Source: an uncultured Gammaproteobacteria bacterium (GTDB taxonomy: Bacteria > Pseudomonadota > Gammaproteobacteria > JABCZS01). Taken from it: a DNA stretch of 64,000 nucleotides. This document shows, in pieces, positions 53,666 through 64,000 of this stretch. Each line of letters begins with the position of its first letter. Position 1 is the stretch's first letter. A program made the position numbers and the translations under genes. The stretch is from contig CAWKDC010000001.1 in assembly GCA_963848305.1 (NCBI GenBank), forward strand, positions 22,490 to 86,489. Reading direction: 5' to 3'. The notes under the pieces were generated by a model. It was not told the origin of the DNA. It did no database searches and was given only the letters and a program-made list of their open reading frames with translations.

Positions 53666-55008
53666 TCACCGGGTCCTCGCTTGGTTCACCTTGGGTCCGG
53701 AAGCGTCCACGGCGCGAAGAGTCACATCATCCAGCCAGACCGTGCCGGTTATGTCCCGCGAAGATGCTTGCTCTTTGGGCCGCCAAAAAGAAACTCTTAC
53801 CGCTTGCGTCTGCGGTTGGGTCATAAACTCAACATCGATCGGGTGCCACGCCGTGGTTCCCACCGTCGGATCGCTGGTCCGAGCAACGCAATCTGCACAA
53901 CCCATCTCATCTACCCGCAACTGCGGTCCGCTGCTGGAGGTGAGATTGTCGGATCGCACATAAGCAGTTAATTGATAATGCGTGCTGGGTCGAATGCGAA
54001 CGACTTGATTCACCAGTTCATATTCCACATTTCGACCGAACACGAAATCAATCCGCAGGCACTTCCCGCCCTTGTAGGCGGAGGGATCAGAGAAATCATA
54101 GGCCAAGTCCTGGGAATCGCTTGATACGCCAGTCAAATCCGGTGTTGAGAGGCTGCCCCTCAAAACCCCCGTTATAGAGCAGGTTGGCGGATTGGGAATT
54201 GGGCGCCGGGGGGATGACCCCCGCATGTTGAAGGTCGTTCCACACCGTGCCGGCATCCTGTATTTGATTATGGTCGATTAGGAAGTCCAAAAAATGTTTT
54301 ACCATTGAAATGTTGGGGGAACGATCAGGCCCGGAGATCATTTGTCCCCAAATTTTCATGGCGTTTTCGTAATCGGCGACGGAGCTCAAAAACATCAGGA
54401 ATGCAAACCTTGCGGAGGCATTCTTTCCGTGGGGGACAACCTGCGCGTAGATCGCTTGCGGGTCGCGGGTCGCGCGAAGGCACAAGCGAAATGTATTATC
54501 GAGGTATTCCGGAGCCAATTCCAGCAAGTCTGCGAAAGTAGGGGAAGGCCTTGTCCTCGCGATTCGTTAAGAGGTAATGATTTCCTGCCGACCACAGTAA
54601 AGCGGGAGTCATGGGGTTAAGCACAATGGCTCGCTCAAAAGCCTCATCCGAACACGCGATGTCTCCGACAAAATCACAGGCCGTTCCCAGATCCGCCCAA
54701 TAATCCCAATGGCGAGGGTTGAGTTCGACGGCTTGCCGGAGATATTTCACTGCCTCGGAAAGATTGAGGTCCGTGGGATCAAAGGTATAGACCAATCCCA
54801 GGCGATGGACCAAGTCGGCATTATCCGGATCCAGTCGCAGCGCCTTTTGAAGGTCGGTGATGGATATGGTGTCAAGGCGGGAAGTTACTCGGGCCACGCG
54901 AATCGCTTCCCAGGCCAAACCAAGGCTGACGGCAACGATGGGCATCAGGAAAAGAACGGCCCGCCACCAAGGGCGCAAGGAGGCATGCCAAAATGTGATT
55001 CGAATCAT
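53666..55008 (-). CDS. TPR-repeat protein with a C-terminal carbohydrate-binding-module-like domain (two frameshifts)
   Basis: N-terminal TM plus TPR (ALRLDPDNADLVHRLGLVY...); C-terminal jelly-roll-like domain (GGFEGQPL...WRPKEQ...TVWLDDVTLR). Confidence 0.45.
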
Positions 55009-55165
55009 GCCGGGACGTTAGCTCTCTCACCAGAAAGGTCAGGGTTGGGCATGTTGACTCATCTCTCGTGTGATCCTGGAAGAGACGATTGACGAATAAG
55101 GGGCAGGCCGGTCCAATCCCCCTTGGAGGGAAATCCCCACTCGTTCGTCCGACTACGTTGAATGC

Positions 55166-57520
55166 TCATGCCCGGCGGGATGAATCCTTTCTGGCATGGC
55201 CTCCTCCGGAAGAATGCGAGGGATTCGACACCGAGGCTTCATCATAGTAGGACTGATGATAAGGGCCGTAATAGGAGCCATAGTAAGTGTCGAAGCGCAT
55301 GTCAACCTTGTTAAGGACCATTCCCAGAACCCGCGAGCCGGCGTTTTCAAGGATTCGATGCGCCCGGGCAAGGGCGCCCCGTGCCGTCGTACCACTGGCC
55401 ACCACCAATATAACGCCGTCCACCATTGCGGAGAGGATCACGGCGTCGGTCACCAGAAGCAGCGGGGGGGAGTCGATAACAATCTGCGTAAACCGCTTCA
55501 GCAAGTCCTTAAGGGTCGCATCCATCATGTGCGAAGAGAGCAGTTCGGCAGGATCGGGAGGCCGAGGCCCGGCCGGCAAGATCCAGAGATTGGGGATACG
55601 TTCATATTGGATCAGAACTTCATCGAGAGAATGAGCGCCGGTCAAGAAGCTGCTCAAACCCCTTTCATTGGCAACTCCCAGGGTCTTCGCAACGGATGGG
55701 CGGCGCATGTCGGCATCAATGATCAAAACCGGGCCTTGCCTCTGGGCAAAAGACATTGCCAAGTTAGTGGCAGTGGAAGTCTTTCCTTCGCCCATCTGTG
55801 CGCTGGTGACCAGCAAAGTTTGCGGTGGACGCGGAGCGGTGGAGAGTAAAACGGAAGTCCGGAGGCTGCGGAACGACTCCGCCATAGGCGAGGATGGACG
55901 CTTAAGAACAGCCAAGCCCACACCATTCGGTCCGGCAGCCGCGCCCAGAGAAGGGCCCCCAGCCATTTGCTTCCGTCGATAACCGTCAGTTTCGGCAGGG
56001 ATTACGGCCAAAGCCGGAGCATTGACAAGCCTCTCCGCTTCTTCAGCAGTCCGGACCGAACTGTCGAGAGCTTCCTGTACGAAAGCCAGCGTAATCCCAA
56101 GAATGAGGCCGATCATCAGACCGGCGGCCAAATTGCGCGGCCGGTTTGGGCTAATGGGAGTCGAAGGCGGAGTGGCCGGGTCAATAACGTGAACATTGGT
56201 GACTTGCAGGCTGGCGGAAAGGGTGGCATCCTTCAAGCGTTGCAAGAGGCTCTCATAGAGCTGCTGGTTAATGTCGAATTCCCGCTTCAAAATATTGTGT
56301 TCGATCATGCGTTGATTAAGCGCACTGACATTTTCTTTTTCCTTGGCCATCGCCTCACCGATAAGTTTTTCCCGGCTTAGCGCCTCCAAATAATCGTTGT
56401 GAGCCTTCTCAATCGCTAGCTTACGCGCCGCCTCCATGAGAGATTGCAACTGCGTAAGCTGGTCATGAAGGCGGACGGCTTTAGGGAAATTCGGCCCATA
56501 TTGGGTCAGGGCGTCAGCATAAGCTGCCTTGAGATCACTGTATTTCTCCTCCAAATGCTGGAGAACTCTGTCTTCCACAATAATTCCAACCTGGCCTTCG
56601 TTGGCCTTGGCAAGCTCATAAAGAGATTGCTTCTGAACCCGGTCACTCTCTGCATTGGTGTAGTCCCTGTTCAGTTGCTCCAGCCTCTCATCGTTGATAG
56701 TCCCCTTATCCCCAACGCTGACAATCAGGTTCTGACGCTCATAATCGATCAAAGCCTGTTGAGATTTCTCCACCTTCACCTTGAGTTCCTGTAATTGTTG
56801 CTCCATTCCGCCCGATGCGCGTCGGGTAAAGTCATTCCGCTGCTCGAAGTTGGCGTCGGTGTAGTTATCAATCAATCTATTCACGGCATTCGCCGCCAAC
56901 TCAGGATTCCCGCTTTCATAACTTACCGCCAGAATACGGCTGTCCTTTAGGGGTGCAACCGAAAGTCCCTCCTTAAAATCTCCGATCAAGGCTGCCTTGC
57001 GTGCCGCGGCAATTCGAATGGCCGATTGCCCAGGAGCACTCGCCATGCCCGGCGAGGCGGCGCGGTCAAGTCCAAGCTGCTGCAGCGTTGTCCACGCCAG
57101 GCTGTCACTTTGTAGGACCTGCATCTGGGTGACCAGGAACGAGTTATCATCCACGGGAGACTGACGGTAAACCTCGTTGAGGGTTTGGAGTTGGGGGTAA
57201 GTGGTTTCGACATCAACAGTTGCCGTCGCCTTATACACGGGAGACATCTTAAAGGTGTAAATCGCCGTCAGCACTGCCACAATGACAGTGGCCGTAACGA
57301 TCGTCGTAATACGCTTCAGGACGACTTGCCAGAAGGTGGCAAAACTGAAATGAGGTTCACTTCCTTGGGCCTCTAAATCCAGCGTCGTTGGTGTGAACGT
57401 ATTAATCCGATGCGGCAATTGACGTTCAATGGGTGATAATGAGTCGTTGTCAGGCACCTTAAAAAGCTCCCTCGAGAAAAAATCCGATTCCGCTAGACCC
57501 TCGGCAACTCCAGTACTCAA
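55166..57520 (-). CDS. polysaccharide co-polymerase / tyrosine autokinase (Wzc/GumC/EpsG-like exopolysaccharide transport protein)
   Basis: N-terminal TM, long coiled-coil periplasmic domain, second TM, P-loop SAQMGEGKTSTATNLAMSFA, Tyr-rich C-terminus YYGSYYGPYHQSYY. Confidence 0.8.
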   Translation of the reverse strand: MSTGVAEGLAESDFFSRELFKVPDNDSLSPIERQLPHRINTFTPTTLDLEAQGSEPHFSFATFWQVVLKRITTIVTATVIVAVLTAIYTFKMSPVYKATATVDVETTYPQLQTLNEVYRQSPVDDNSFLVTQMQVLQSDSLAWTTLQQLGLDRAASPGMASAPGQSAIRIAAARKAALIGDFKEGLSVAPLKDSRILAVSYESGNPELAANAVNRLIDNYTDANFEQRNDFTRRASGGMEQQLQELKVKVEKSQQALIDYERQNLIVSVGDKGTINDERLEQLNRDYTNAESDRVQKQSLYELAKANEGQVGIIVEDRVLQHLEEKYSDLKAAYADALTQYGPNFPKAVRLHDQLTQLQSLMEAARKLAIEKAHNDYLEALSREKLIGEAMAKEKENVSALNQRMIEHNILKREFDINQQLYESLLQRLKDATLSASLQVTNVHVIDPATPPSTPISPNRPRNLAAGLMIGLILGITLAFVQEALDSSVRTAEEAERLVNAPALAVIPAETDGYRRKQMAGGPSLGAAAGPNGVGLAVLKRPSSPMAESFRSLRTSVLLSTAPRPPQTLLVTSAQMGEGKTSTATNLAMSFAQRQGPVLIIDADMRRPSVAKTLGVANERGLSSFLTGAHSLDEVLIQYERIPNLWILPAGPRPPDPAELLSSHMMDATLKDLLKRFTQIVIDSPPLLLVTDAVILSAMVDGVILVVASGTTARGALARAHRILENAGSRVLGMVLNKVDMRFDTYYGSYYGPYHQSYYDEASVSNPSHSSGGGHARKDSSRRA

Positions 57521-58626
57521 TGGTAGATCATCATTGCCTGCCCGCCGGTGGTCGCAACTTCAATAGCAGCAGTGGTGGATGCATGCAGAGCCTTAAGCCC
57601 GCCGCTTTCTGGCACAAAGAGAATATCGTCTGGCATCAACCGAATATCTGCAATCTGCCCTTTGACCATGGCTTTGTAATCCACGGGAATTTCCTCCCGC
57701 TTTTCGCCCTGGGCCGCCGGATCCCGCCGCAGGATAACAATATGGCTCCTTTTGGCAATGCCGTTCACGTCGCCCGCCAAGGCCAATGCTTTAAGTACCG
57801 TAGTGTGTTGTCGAGCATCGCTCAGCACGTATCCTCCGGGGCGCGCAACGGCACCCAAGACGTAAATGAGGTCGGCCTTCTGGACCGTGATTCGATCACC
57901 CGGATAAAGGAGGATGTTGGTATTGGTATTGTCGTCGCCCGTTTCCACCAGCTTTCGAATTTTCAGAGTGAATGGCTGCCCATTGGCCGAAGGATCCACT
58001 GCACCAGTTCGGGCGCTTTCTTCAAGGTCGGCGCGCTGGCCGACCGCCCCCCGCGATATTACCGCATCATCGCTGGCACTATTGGTCAATCCCCCCGCCT
58101 TAATGAGAATCTCGATTAACCGAGTGGGGCCAAAAATCGGATAGGCCTGAGGACTTCTAACTTCCCCCGAAACCAGTACAGTATGCAACCTCGTTTCCTT
58201 GAGCGAAACTGACACTTGCGCGTTATTCAGCATGCCTGCATCGTGAAATTTGGTGGCAATCAAGCGTGAAAGCTGATCCAACGTTTCGCCCGCTGCGGGG
58301 ATCGGTTCAGGCAGCAGGGGCAGGGTCAATAAGCCATTGGAACTAACCCGATAGGTTCGAGTGACTTCAGGCACGTCCATCACCTGGATGTCCAACAAAT
58401 CTTCCGGGCTCACCGTGTAATCGTTGATGGGCGCCGGTTGGCCATCGGAGGGACCTACGAGACCGCTGGCGGCCTTCGAGGCTACCGCTGGCTGCGGCGG
58501 AGTACCCGAATTCTGCCGCTGTGCCCACGCCAGCGTCAAACCAGTCATAAGATATAGCGCCAGTCCCGGCCCGCATACCTTCGCAAAAACTCGCAGATCC
58601 CAAACCTCCACCCGTTTACTGACCAT
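57517..58626 (-). CDS. Wza-like polysaccharide export outer-membrane protein
   Basis: Signal peptide; PEDLLDIQVMDVPE...YRVSSNGLLTLPLL (Poly_export motif) plus SLBB-like repeats; overlaps wzc by 4 bp. Confidence 0.8.
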   Translation of the reverse strand: MVSKRVEVWDLRVFAKVCGPGLALYLMTGLTLAWAQRQNSGTPPQPAVASKAASGLVGPSDGQPAPINDYTVSPEDLLDIQVMDVPEVTRTYRVSSNGLLTLPLLPEPIPAAGETLDQLSRLIATKFHDAGMLNNAQVSVSLKETRLHTVLVSGEVRSPQAYPIFGPTRLIEILIKAGGLTNSASDDAVISRGAVGQRADLEESARTGAVDPSANGQPFTLKIRKLVETGDDNTNTNILLYPGDRITVQKADLIYVLGAVARPGGYVLSDARQHTTVLKALALAGDVNGIAKRSHIVILRRDPAAQGEKREEIPVDYKAMVKGQIADIRLMPDDILFVPESGGLKALHASTTAAIEVATTGGQAMMIYH

Positions 58627-59313
58627 CGGCCCACCTCACTCCTATACTCAACCGCCTTCCATGCTGATTTTCCCAGGTATCGGCCTTCATCACAAACCTG
58701 TTGCTTGCACCTCGTCCTCCCGGCAGAAATGCTGACCTAATGGTATGTTCAGCGGATTGGCGGCGATTCCACAGGGCTCGTGACTGCATACTCCCTGGTG
58801 TGCTCCGTGGCAGATTAAGAGGCATCTGCGGCTGGCAACTCAATCACATGGACTGCTGAGGTCTCATCAGGCTGATCTCTTTCTTGACGGTCTCCGGGGC
58901 ACCTAACCTCCAGAGGGGATGTCGGGAAAGGGCTTGCGAACTAGCGCGTGCGAGCTTTGACTTGCGTCGCCGGGAACGACGACAGGGTTCCCATCCTCTC
59001 GCCGTAAATCTTCTAAACCCCTCGCGAAGCCCCCTCGAACTCGGCAAAATGAGAATTCCGCCCATGTCATCTTTTCGTTCTTTGCAGCTGCTTTGAATTA
59101 AGATGACAATCTGTAAGTTTGCGGGTATAGGCCTTCCCAAGCACTAACGACACCTAAGGAACCGCCATGGCACCGGTTCGGCGTGGTTATTGAGTTCCGG
59201 CAAGTCGCACCGACATAATTCGACGGGAGTTAGTGTACGTCTACGTTGTCATGTTGTCAATAGCGAGGGGAATCGGGGGGAATCGTTACGGGGGGATCTT
59301 TGGTGACACCCCC

Positions 59314-59342
59314 TTGACACTGCACTTCTAACCCCATTAGGA
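59314..59342 (+). promoter_or_regulatory. candidate sigma70-type promoter for ugd (TTGACA-N17-TTAGGA); tandem GGGGAATCG repeats lie upstream
   Basis: ttgacactgcacttctaaccccattagga, then RBS GAGGAGG and the ATG at 59358. Confidence 0.3.
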
Positions 59343-59357
59343 TGAGGAGGACAAATC

Positions 59358-60800
59358 ATGAGCGACAATTCCAATCGGCAAGAGACGAGTTTCGATGATG
59401 CCGCCATCACGGTCCTAGGCTTAGGCCATATCGGCCTCCCAACTGCGCTCGGTTTGGCGGAGTTGGGAAAGCGTGTTGTTGGCGCTGACGACGATAAGGG
59501 CAAGGTGGGACGTATTCGGGCGGGGGACCCGATTTTTTTTGAACCCGGCCTTGAAGATCTGTTGTCGAAGCACCTTCAAAGCGGAAGATTTCAGGCCGTC
59601 GATGATGTGGAAGCCGCAGTGCGTTCGGGTTCCATCATTTTCATATGTGTCGGTACACCACAAAAAGCCAGCGGTCAAGCTGATCTCGGTCAGGTAGAAG
59701 CGGTGGCGCGCGTGGTGGCACGCAACTTGAATGGATACAAACTCATCGTTGAAAAGAGCACCGTTCCAGCCATAACCGCACATTGGCTCAAGCGAGCAAT
59801 TGTGCGCTATTGCCCTGGGAAGCTAGCTACGGCAGGCGAGGGCACTGCGGGCCCGTCTTCCCCAACGCCCTTGGATTTCGATATTGCCTCCAATCCCGAA
59901 TTCCTTCGCGAAGGCAGAGCCCTGGAGGATTTTTTCCATCCTGACCGCATCGTGTGCGGGGTCGATTCCGAGCGGGCGCGCGATATCTTGACAAACCTTT
60001 ATAGTCCCCTACAACGGCCGATAGTGGTTACGGATACAAGCACCGCAGAATTAATCAAACATGCTGCTAACGCCTTTCTTTCGATGAAGATATCGTTCAT
60101 CAACATGGTTTCGGATTTGTGCGACGAGGTGGGGGCAAACGTCACTGCGGTAACGCGTGGCATCGGACTGGATTCCCGCATTGGTCCGCAGTTCCTTGAC
60201 GCTGGAATCGGCTACGGCGGTTACTGTTTCCCCAAGGATGTTCGGGCCTTCATTCACTTGGCGGAAGAGCATGGAGTGGATTTCTCGCTTCTCCAAGAAG
60301 TGGAGCGCGTTAACCAACGTCGCGTAGACGTCTTTATCAAAAAAGTCCAAAAAGTGCTATGGACGTTGCGCGGAAAGACCCTTGGAATTCTCGGATTGGC
60401 TTTCAAAGCCGGGACCGATGACATTCGGGAGGCGGTCAGCCTTAAGATTATACAAGCCTTACTCAATGAGGGATGCATGCTGCGCTTGTATGATCCGCAA
60501 GCCATGCCAAACACCCGGGAAGTGTTTCCTGCCTCGACGGAACGACTCAGTTACTGTTCCTCCGCCTATGAGGCGGCGCACGGAGCCCAGGCCCTGCTTG
60601 TTATTACCGAGTGGGAAGAATTCCGCCAGCTCGACCTCTTGCGTTTGCGGAATAGCATGGAAGTACCTATTTTGATAGATGGTAGAAACCTTTTTGATCC
60701 TGACGCTGTCCGCAAAGCCGGTTTCGAATATGTTTCGATAGGGCGCGATGGGGCGACACCCGCTGGCGCTCACACGCATTCGGCAAAATTCGCCGACTAG
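59358..60800 (+). CDS. ugd: UDP-glucose 6-dehydrogenase (nucleotide-sugar dehydrogenase)
   Basis: [43 protein letters not shown]. Confidence 0.8.
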   Translation: MSDNSNRQETSFDDAAITVLGLGHIGLPTALGLAELGKRVVGADDDKGKVGRIRAGDPIFFEPGLEDLLSKHLQSGRFQAVDDVEAAVRSGSIIFICVGTPQKASGQADLGQVEAVARVVARNLNGYKLIVEKSTVPAITAHWLKRAIVRYCPGKLATAGEGTAGPSSPTPLDFDIASNPEFLREGRALEDFFHPDRIVCGVDSERARDILTNLYSPLQRPIVVTDTSTAELIKHAANAFLSMKISFINMVSDLCDEVGANVTAVTRGIGLDSRIGPQFLDAGIGYGGYCFPKDVRAFIHLAEEHGVDFSLLQEVERVNQRRVDVFIKKVQKVLWTLRGKTLGILGLAFKAGTDDIREAVSLKIIQALLNEGCMLRLYDPQAMPNTREVFPASTERLSYCSSAYEAAHGAQALLVITEWEEFRQLDLLRLRNSMEVPILIDGRNLFDPDAVRKAGFEYVSIGRDGATPAGAHTHSAKFAD

Positions 60801-60839
60801 CGTGGACCACGCTGTAGCGGCAGGCGGAGGTGCCCCTCT

Positions 60840-61889
60840 ATGTCCAATTCTGCTTCAGGCGAGAATCTCCGGCCACTAACCCTTGTTACCGGCGGCGCGG
60901 GTTTCTTAGGTTCCCATCTTTGCGACCGTCTCCTGGCGGAGGGACACGATGTCATCTGCCTCGACAATCTTATTACCGGTCGTCGTGAGAATTTTCTGCA
61001 TCTTCTCTCCGATCCGCATTTCCGCTTTGTGCTTCACGACGTGACCCGGCCGATTGACTTCCCCGCCCTGCTCGCCTCCTCCCCAGGACAACCGCCATTT
61101 GCTTCTCGCCGGCTAAGTTACATTTTACACTTTGCATCGCCGGCCAGCCCGAAGGACTATGCCCGGCACCCGATTCACACTCTTAAGGTGGGAGCGCTGG
61201 GAACCTACCATGCGCTGGGATTGGCAAAAGCCCACGGGAGCGTCTTCCTGTTGGCCTCTACCTCGGAAATCTATGGCGACCCGGAGATCAGCCCGCAGCC
61301 CGAGAAATACTGGGGGCATGTTAACCCCATCGGTCCGCGCAGCGTTTATGACGAGGCCAAACGGTTCGCGGAGGCCATAAGTATGGCCTATCACCGCGAG
61401 CACGGAGTCAAGGTGCGCATTGTCCGCATCTTCAATACGTATGGCGAGCGTATGCGATTGGAGGACGGGCGCGCCTTGCCTAATTTCATGGTCCAGGCCC
61501 TGCTCGGCCAACCCCTGACGGTGTATGGAAAGGGCAGCCAGACCCGCAGCTTGTGTTACGTCAGCGATCTGGTGGAGGGACTTTACCGGCTACTGCTGTC
61601 AAACGAGACCGGACCGATCAACCTGGGAAACCCTGAAGAGCTCTCCATTCTGCAACTCGCCGAGGCCATCCTTCGCGCCACGCAAAGCAAGAGTTCCATC
61701 ATCTTTGAACCCCTTCCCGAGGATGACCCGCAGCGCCGCCAACCCGACATCACCGCCGCCCGCGGAAAACTAGGGTGGCAGCCCCACGTCAGCCTGGATA
61801 ACGGCTTGGCCAAGACCCTTCCCTATTTCCAATCCTCATTGCAGAATCTATCCCAGCCCGCCGACGCCCCAGATGAGGACATCCAGTGA
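60840..61889 (+). CDS. UDP-glucuronate decarboxylase (UDP-xylose synthase, SDR family)
   Basis: [54 protein letters not shown], close similarity to UXS throughout. Confidence 0.75.
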   Translation: MSNSASGENLRPLTLVTGGAGFLGSHLCDRLLAEGHDVICLDNLITGRRENFLHLLSDPHFRFVLHDVTRPIDFPALLASSPGQPPFASRRLSYILHFASPASPKDYARHPIHTLKVGALGTYHALGLAKAHGSVFLLASTSEIYGDPEISPQPEKYWGHVNPIGPRSVYDEAKRFAEAISMAYHREHGVKVRIVRIFNTYGERMRLEDGRALPNFMVQALLGQPLTVYGKGSQTRSLCYVSDLVEGLYRLLLSNETGPINLGNPEELSILQLAEAILRATQSKSSIIFEPLPEDDPQRRQPDITAARGKLGWQPHVSLDNGLAKTLPYFQSSLQNLSQPADAPDEDIQ

Positions 61890-61892
61890 GGA

Positions 61893-62471
61893 TCAGGGGT
61901 GGGTTGGAGACAGGGTAGCGCCGGGACGGGTTTCCGGCTGCGTCGGAGCCTTGGGGGGGCGTGGAGGAAGGGGGGCTGTTTTGGGAATCACTCTTCGGTC
62001 GACATACTCTAACAAGCTTTTCTTGACATTCTGTACTTCTCCCGATGCCAAAACGTCGTGCGGGAGTTCCTGAAAATCTTTTTCAATGGCCGCCTTGAGG
62101 TCCCGATTGAGCTCCTGTGCTTGCCGGTCCAGTGCCTCTTGGGAAGCACGGCTCAGGAGATCCATCGTTTCGTTCAGCTTCACCAATTCATCGTGATTGA
62201 GTTTGTCATGCAGGGCCGCGTAGTCGTAGGAGTTGTAAATCGGACCGGTGCACTGGACCATTTCATCACTCCAGGGCTCGTTAGGGTCGATTGGAGTTGC
62301 CGTAAGCTGACCATCGCAGACGAACCCGCCCCTGCCCATTCGAATCGACTGATTCGGTCCCGCGACAACCCGGATTTCCTGTGCTCGCAGAGTTCCAATG
62401 TTCAACAAACCGAATAGTGCAACAAGCGCTGACCATGATGCGAAGCGGACGGTATTTCTGAACTCGCACAT
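61893..62471 (-). CDS. hypothetical secreted protein
   Basis: Signal-like FASWSALVALFGLLNIGTLRAQE; Pro-rich tail. Confidence 0.4.
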   Translation of the reverse strand: MCEFRNTVRFASWSALVALFGLLNIGTLRAQEIRVVAGPNQSIRMGRGGFVCDGQLTATPIDPNEPWSDEMVQCTGPIYNSYDYAALHDKLNHDELVKLNETMDLLSRASQEALDRQAQELNRDLKAAIEKDFQELPHDVLASGEVQNVKKSLLEYVDRRVIPKTAPLPPRPPKAPTQPETRPGATLSPTHP

Positions 62472-62671
62472 TGAGGTAACTCCTTCGTTTCGGACGTCCT
62501 AGAGTCCTAGCCGCATACTCATTATTACCACACAGCCGCTGATAATCAACCGCCACCCGCATGCATGCGCGGGCCCTCGATTGTGTGATCGGGGTGAAGT
62601 CTTTGCAAGCGTAGCGGGGACTTGTTTTATATGCCCATCGGTTTTCCGACCGTTCGCGCTACATTTCCTGC

Positions 62672-63559
62672 CTACTGCTGATTGCTTCCTGCCTTCGGTT
62701 CTTCCACGCCGCCGGTAATCTTTGAATTCACGCGGAACTTGCGATAGTCGCTGTATGTCGAGGTGCCATTGAGGGACTTATGAAGGAAGAGAAGGCGGGC
62801 ATGCAGATGAAACTCACCGTAGGACGGCATCCAGATCTCGTTATTCACGAACCGCTGCTCCAGAACGACGTTTCCGCCCTTCTGCACGGAGGCCAACAGG
62901 CCGCCTCCCACCTTCACACTCTCGAGGAAACGGGCTTCCAGGCGCACGCCCTGCTTGGCCTGCTCGTCAATCCAGAGGGTTCCTCCCAAGGATTTCAGTA
63001 GCTTATCGACCAGAGAATGGGGCTCAAATTCCGGGCGGGGCGCAAAATCCATTGCATAAACCTCGCGCCCCTGATAGGTGTCGCGACGCAGATTGTAGAA
63101 GCAGTCCGCCGCTAAGAATTTCGCCAAAGTAATCGCGTCCTTGCCGGGGTTCTCGCCTGCCTCCCGTTTGGCAACTTTCTGGCGGGCCTCGGCTTCCTGT
63201 TTACGGACGTCGTCGTCCTGCTTCTTGCTTTCCCTCTCGGTTAAGGGCTTGCCCTCTCTGCTCACCAGTCGCTCAATTTCCCAAGGGCCGATAAAATAGA
63301 CCTCGTACTCCTTGATCTCGGTCGATTTCACGCGCCCCTGGGAGTCAAACTTCTCATCTTCATCCTTGCGATGAAATATGTAGTCCTTGCGTGCTGCCTC
63401 AATCTGTTTTTGGTTCTCCCAAACGGTTTTGATGAGCGTCGTAGGGTCGGGGGAGGCCGCATTGCGGGCTGCGGGTTCGGGGGGAACGGCCTTGCCCTGC
63501 GGATAAAGCGTTAATGCCCCGGCAGCAGTAAGCGACGTGAGGCACGCAACTCGGGCCAA
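62672..63559 (-). CDS. hypothetical secreted protein
   Basis: Signal peptide MARVACLTSLTAAGALTLYPQ; charged KE-rich linker; no family assigned. Confidence 0.45.
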   Translation of the reverse strand: MARVACLTSLTAAGALTLYPQGKAVPPEPAARNAASPDPTTLIKTVWENQKQIEAARKDYIFHRKDEDEKFDSQGRVKSTEIKEYEVYFIGPWEIERLVSREGKPLTERESKKQDDDVRKQEAEARQKVAKREAGENPGKDAITLAKFLAADCFYNLRRDTYQGREVYAMDFAPRPEFEPHSLVDKLLKSLGGTLWIDEQAKQGVRLEARFLESVKVGGGLLASVQKGGNVVLEQRFVNNEIWMPSYGEFHLHARLLFLHKSLNGTSTYSDYRKFRVNSKITGGVEEPKAGSNQQ

Positions 63560-63601
63560 TGCCAGGAAAATTAAGGATGGGGAAAAAGGGCTTTGAATAT
63601 T

Positions 63602-63676
63602 TGGCTCCTCGGCCAGGACTCGAACCTGGAACCCTTCGGTTAACAGCCGAATGCTCTACCATTGAGCTACCGAGGA
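63602..63676 (-). tRNA. tRNA-Asn (anticodon GUU)
   Basis: 75 nt; acceptor stem UCCUCGG/CCGAGGA; D arm GCUC..GAGC; anticodon arm UUCGG-CUGUUAA-CCGAA; T arm CCAGG-UUCGAGU-CCUGG; discriminator G plus an encoded CCA. Confidence 0.85.
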
Positions 63677-63859
63677 GTGTACCTACACCTTAAACATCGG
63701 CGTAAGCGAGCTTTAAGTTTATAGCACAGAGGGAAAAAGGTCGTCAACTGCGGCACCAAAATCGGGTGCGCGACATAAATGTGACGGTTTGGGTTGGCTC
63801 TTTTTTTGTCGCTCATATCCTTACGTATATGATACGTTAGGACAAAGGAGACTCTAAAT

Positions 63860-64000
63860 ATGCCCCCCTCACTGGATGTTCTCGTGAACCAACGGGCCGA
63901 ATTGCTCCGCCAGATCGCGCAACTCGGTGACCTCCGCAGTGGTTCTATCACCAGCATTACCGGTCGCTGCGGCAAGCCCAATTGTCGTTGTCATCAGCCG
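63860..64000 (+). CDS. partial CDS (N-terminus only) of a protein with a CGKPNCRCH Cys-cluster motif; function unknown
   Basis: AAAGGAG RBS 9 bp upstream of the ATG at 63860; MPPSLDVLVNQRAELLRQIAQLGDLRSGSITSITGRCGKPNCRCHQP. Confidence 0.4.
   Translation, partial: MPPSLDVLVNQRAELLRQIAQLGDLRSGSITSITGRCGKPNCRCHQP

Noticed and set aside
63667-63981. 104-aa ORF on the minus strand
   Set aside because: It overlaps the tRNA-Asn gene and the RBS/start of the plus-strand edge gene; it is an artefact.
1-64000. CRISPR arrays and rRNA genes
   Set aside because: No regularly spaced short direct repeats and no rRNA-like conserved segments were seen anywhere in the window.

Overview
This is a high-GC (about 60%) bacterial chromosomal segment. 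Gene content (TreY/TreZ/TreS trehalose cluster, choice-of-anchor-D lipoprotein, a large Wza/Wzc EPS locus, RHS fragment) suggests a soil Acidobacteria-like organism; that is an inference, not a database result.

Layout of the window:
- 1-12.6 kb: a glycogen-to-trehalose block (malQ, treZ, a GH57 glycoside hydrolase, treY, treS). The genes are riddled with apparent frameshifts.
- 12.7-17.1 kb: a GT-A-like protein and TM-helix protein coupled to treS, a REPIN, a nucleotide-sugar dehydrogenase and an SDR.
- 17.3-17.5 kb: a 206-bp MITE-like element with a 42-bp perfect hairpin. A second copy sits at 39.0-39.2 kb.
- 17.6-27.4 kb: a LamG-domain secreted protein, a UroD-like protein, cytochrome P460, a beta-helix/SPOR protein, the choice-of-anchor-D lipoprotein and leuA.
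- 28.1-32.2 kb: a rearranged accessory patch. It holds an orphan RHS C-terminal toxin fragment with an HExxH motif, a signal-peptide candidate immunity gene, a REP-associated tyrosine transposase (RAYT, IS200-like) with a duplicated 3' end, and a truncated blaR1 next to an intact blaI with its operator dyad.
- 33-39 kb: an L-arabinose-isomerase-family gene, an NrfH-like tetrahaem cytochrome / FeS / NrfD module without a catalytic subunit, and a DUF2339-like membrane protein.
- 39.2-61.9 kb: an EPS locus. It includes an acyltransferase, three methyltransferases, GT2, Wzx, GT26, a priming sugar transferase, a 4-helix-bundle protein flanked by inverted repeats, a geranylgeranyl-reductase-like flavoprotein, rmlD/rmlB/rmlA-like genes, an O-antigen-ligase-like protein, Wzc, Wza, ugd and a UDP-xylose synthase.
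- 63.6 kb: tRNA-Asn(GUU), followed by a partial ORF at the window edge.

No rRNA or CRISPR array was seen. The most notable things are the MITE-like hairpin element, whose loop is inverted between its two copies, and the IS-associated RHS HExxH-toxin/immunity cassette.
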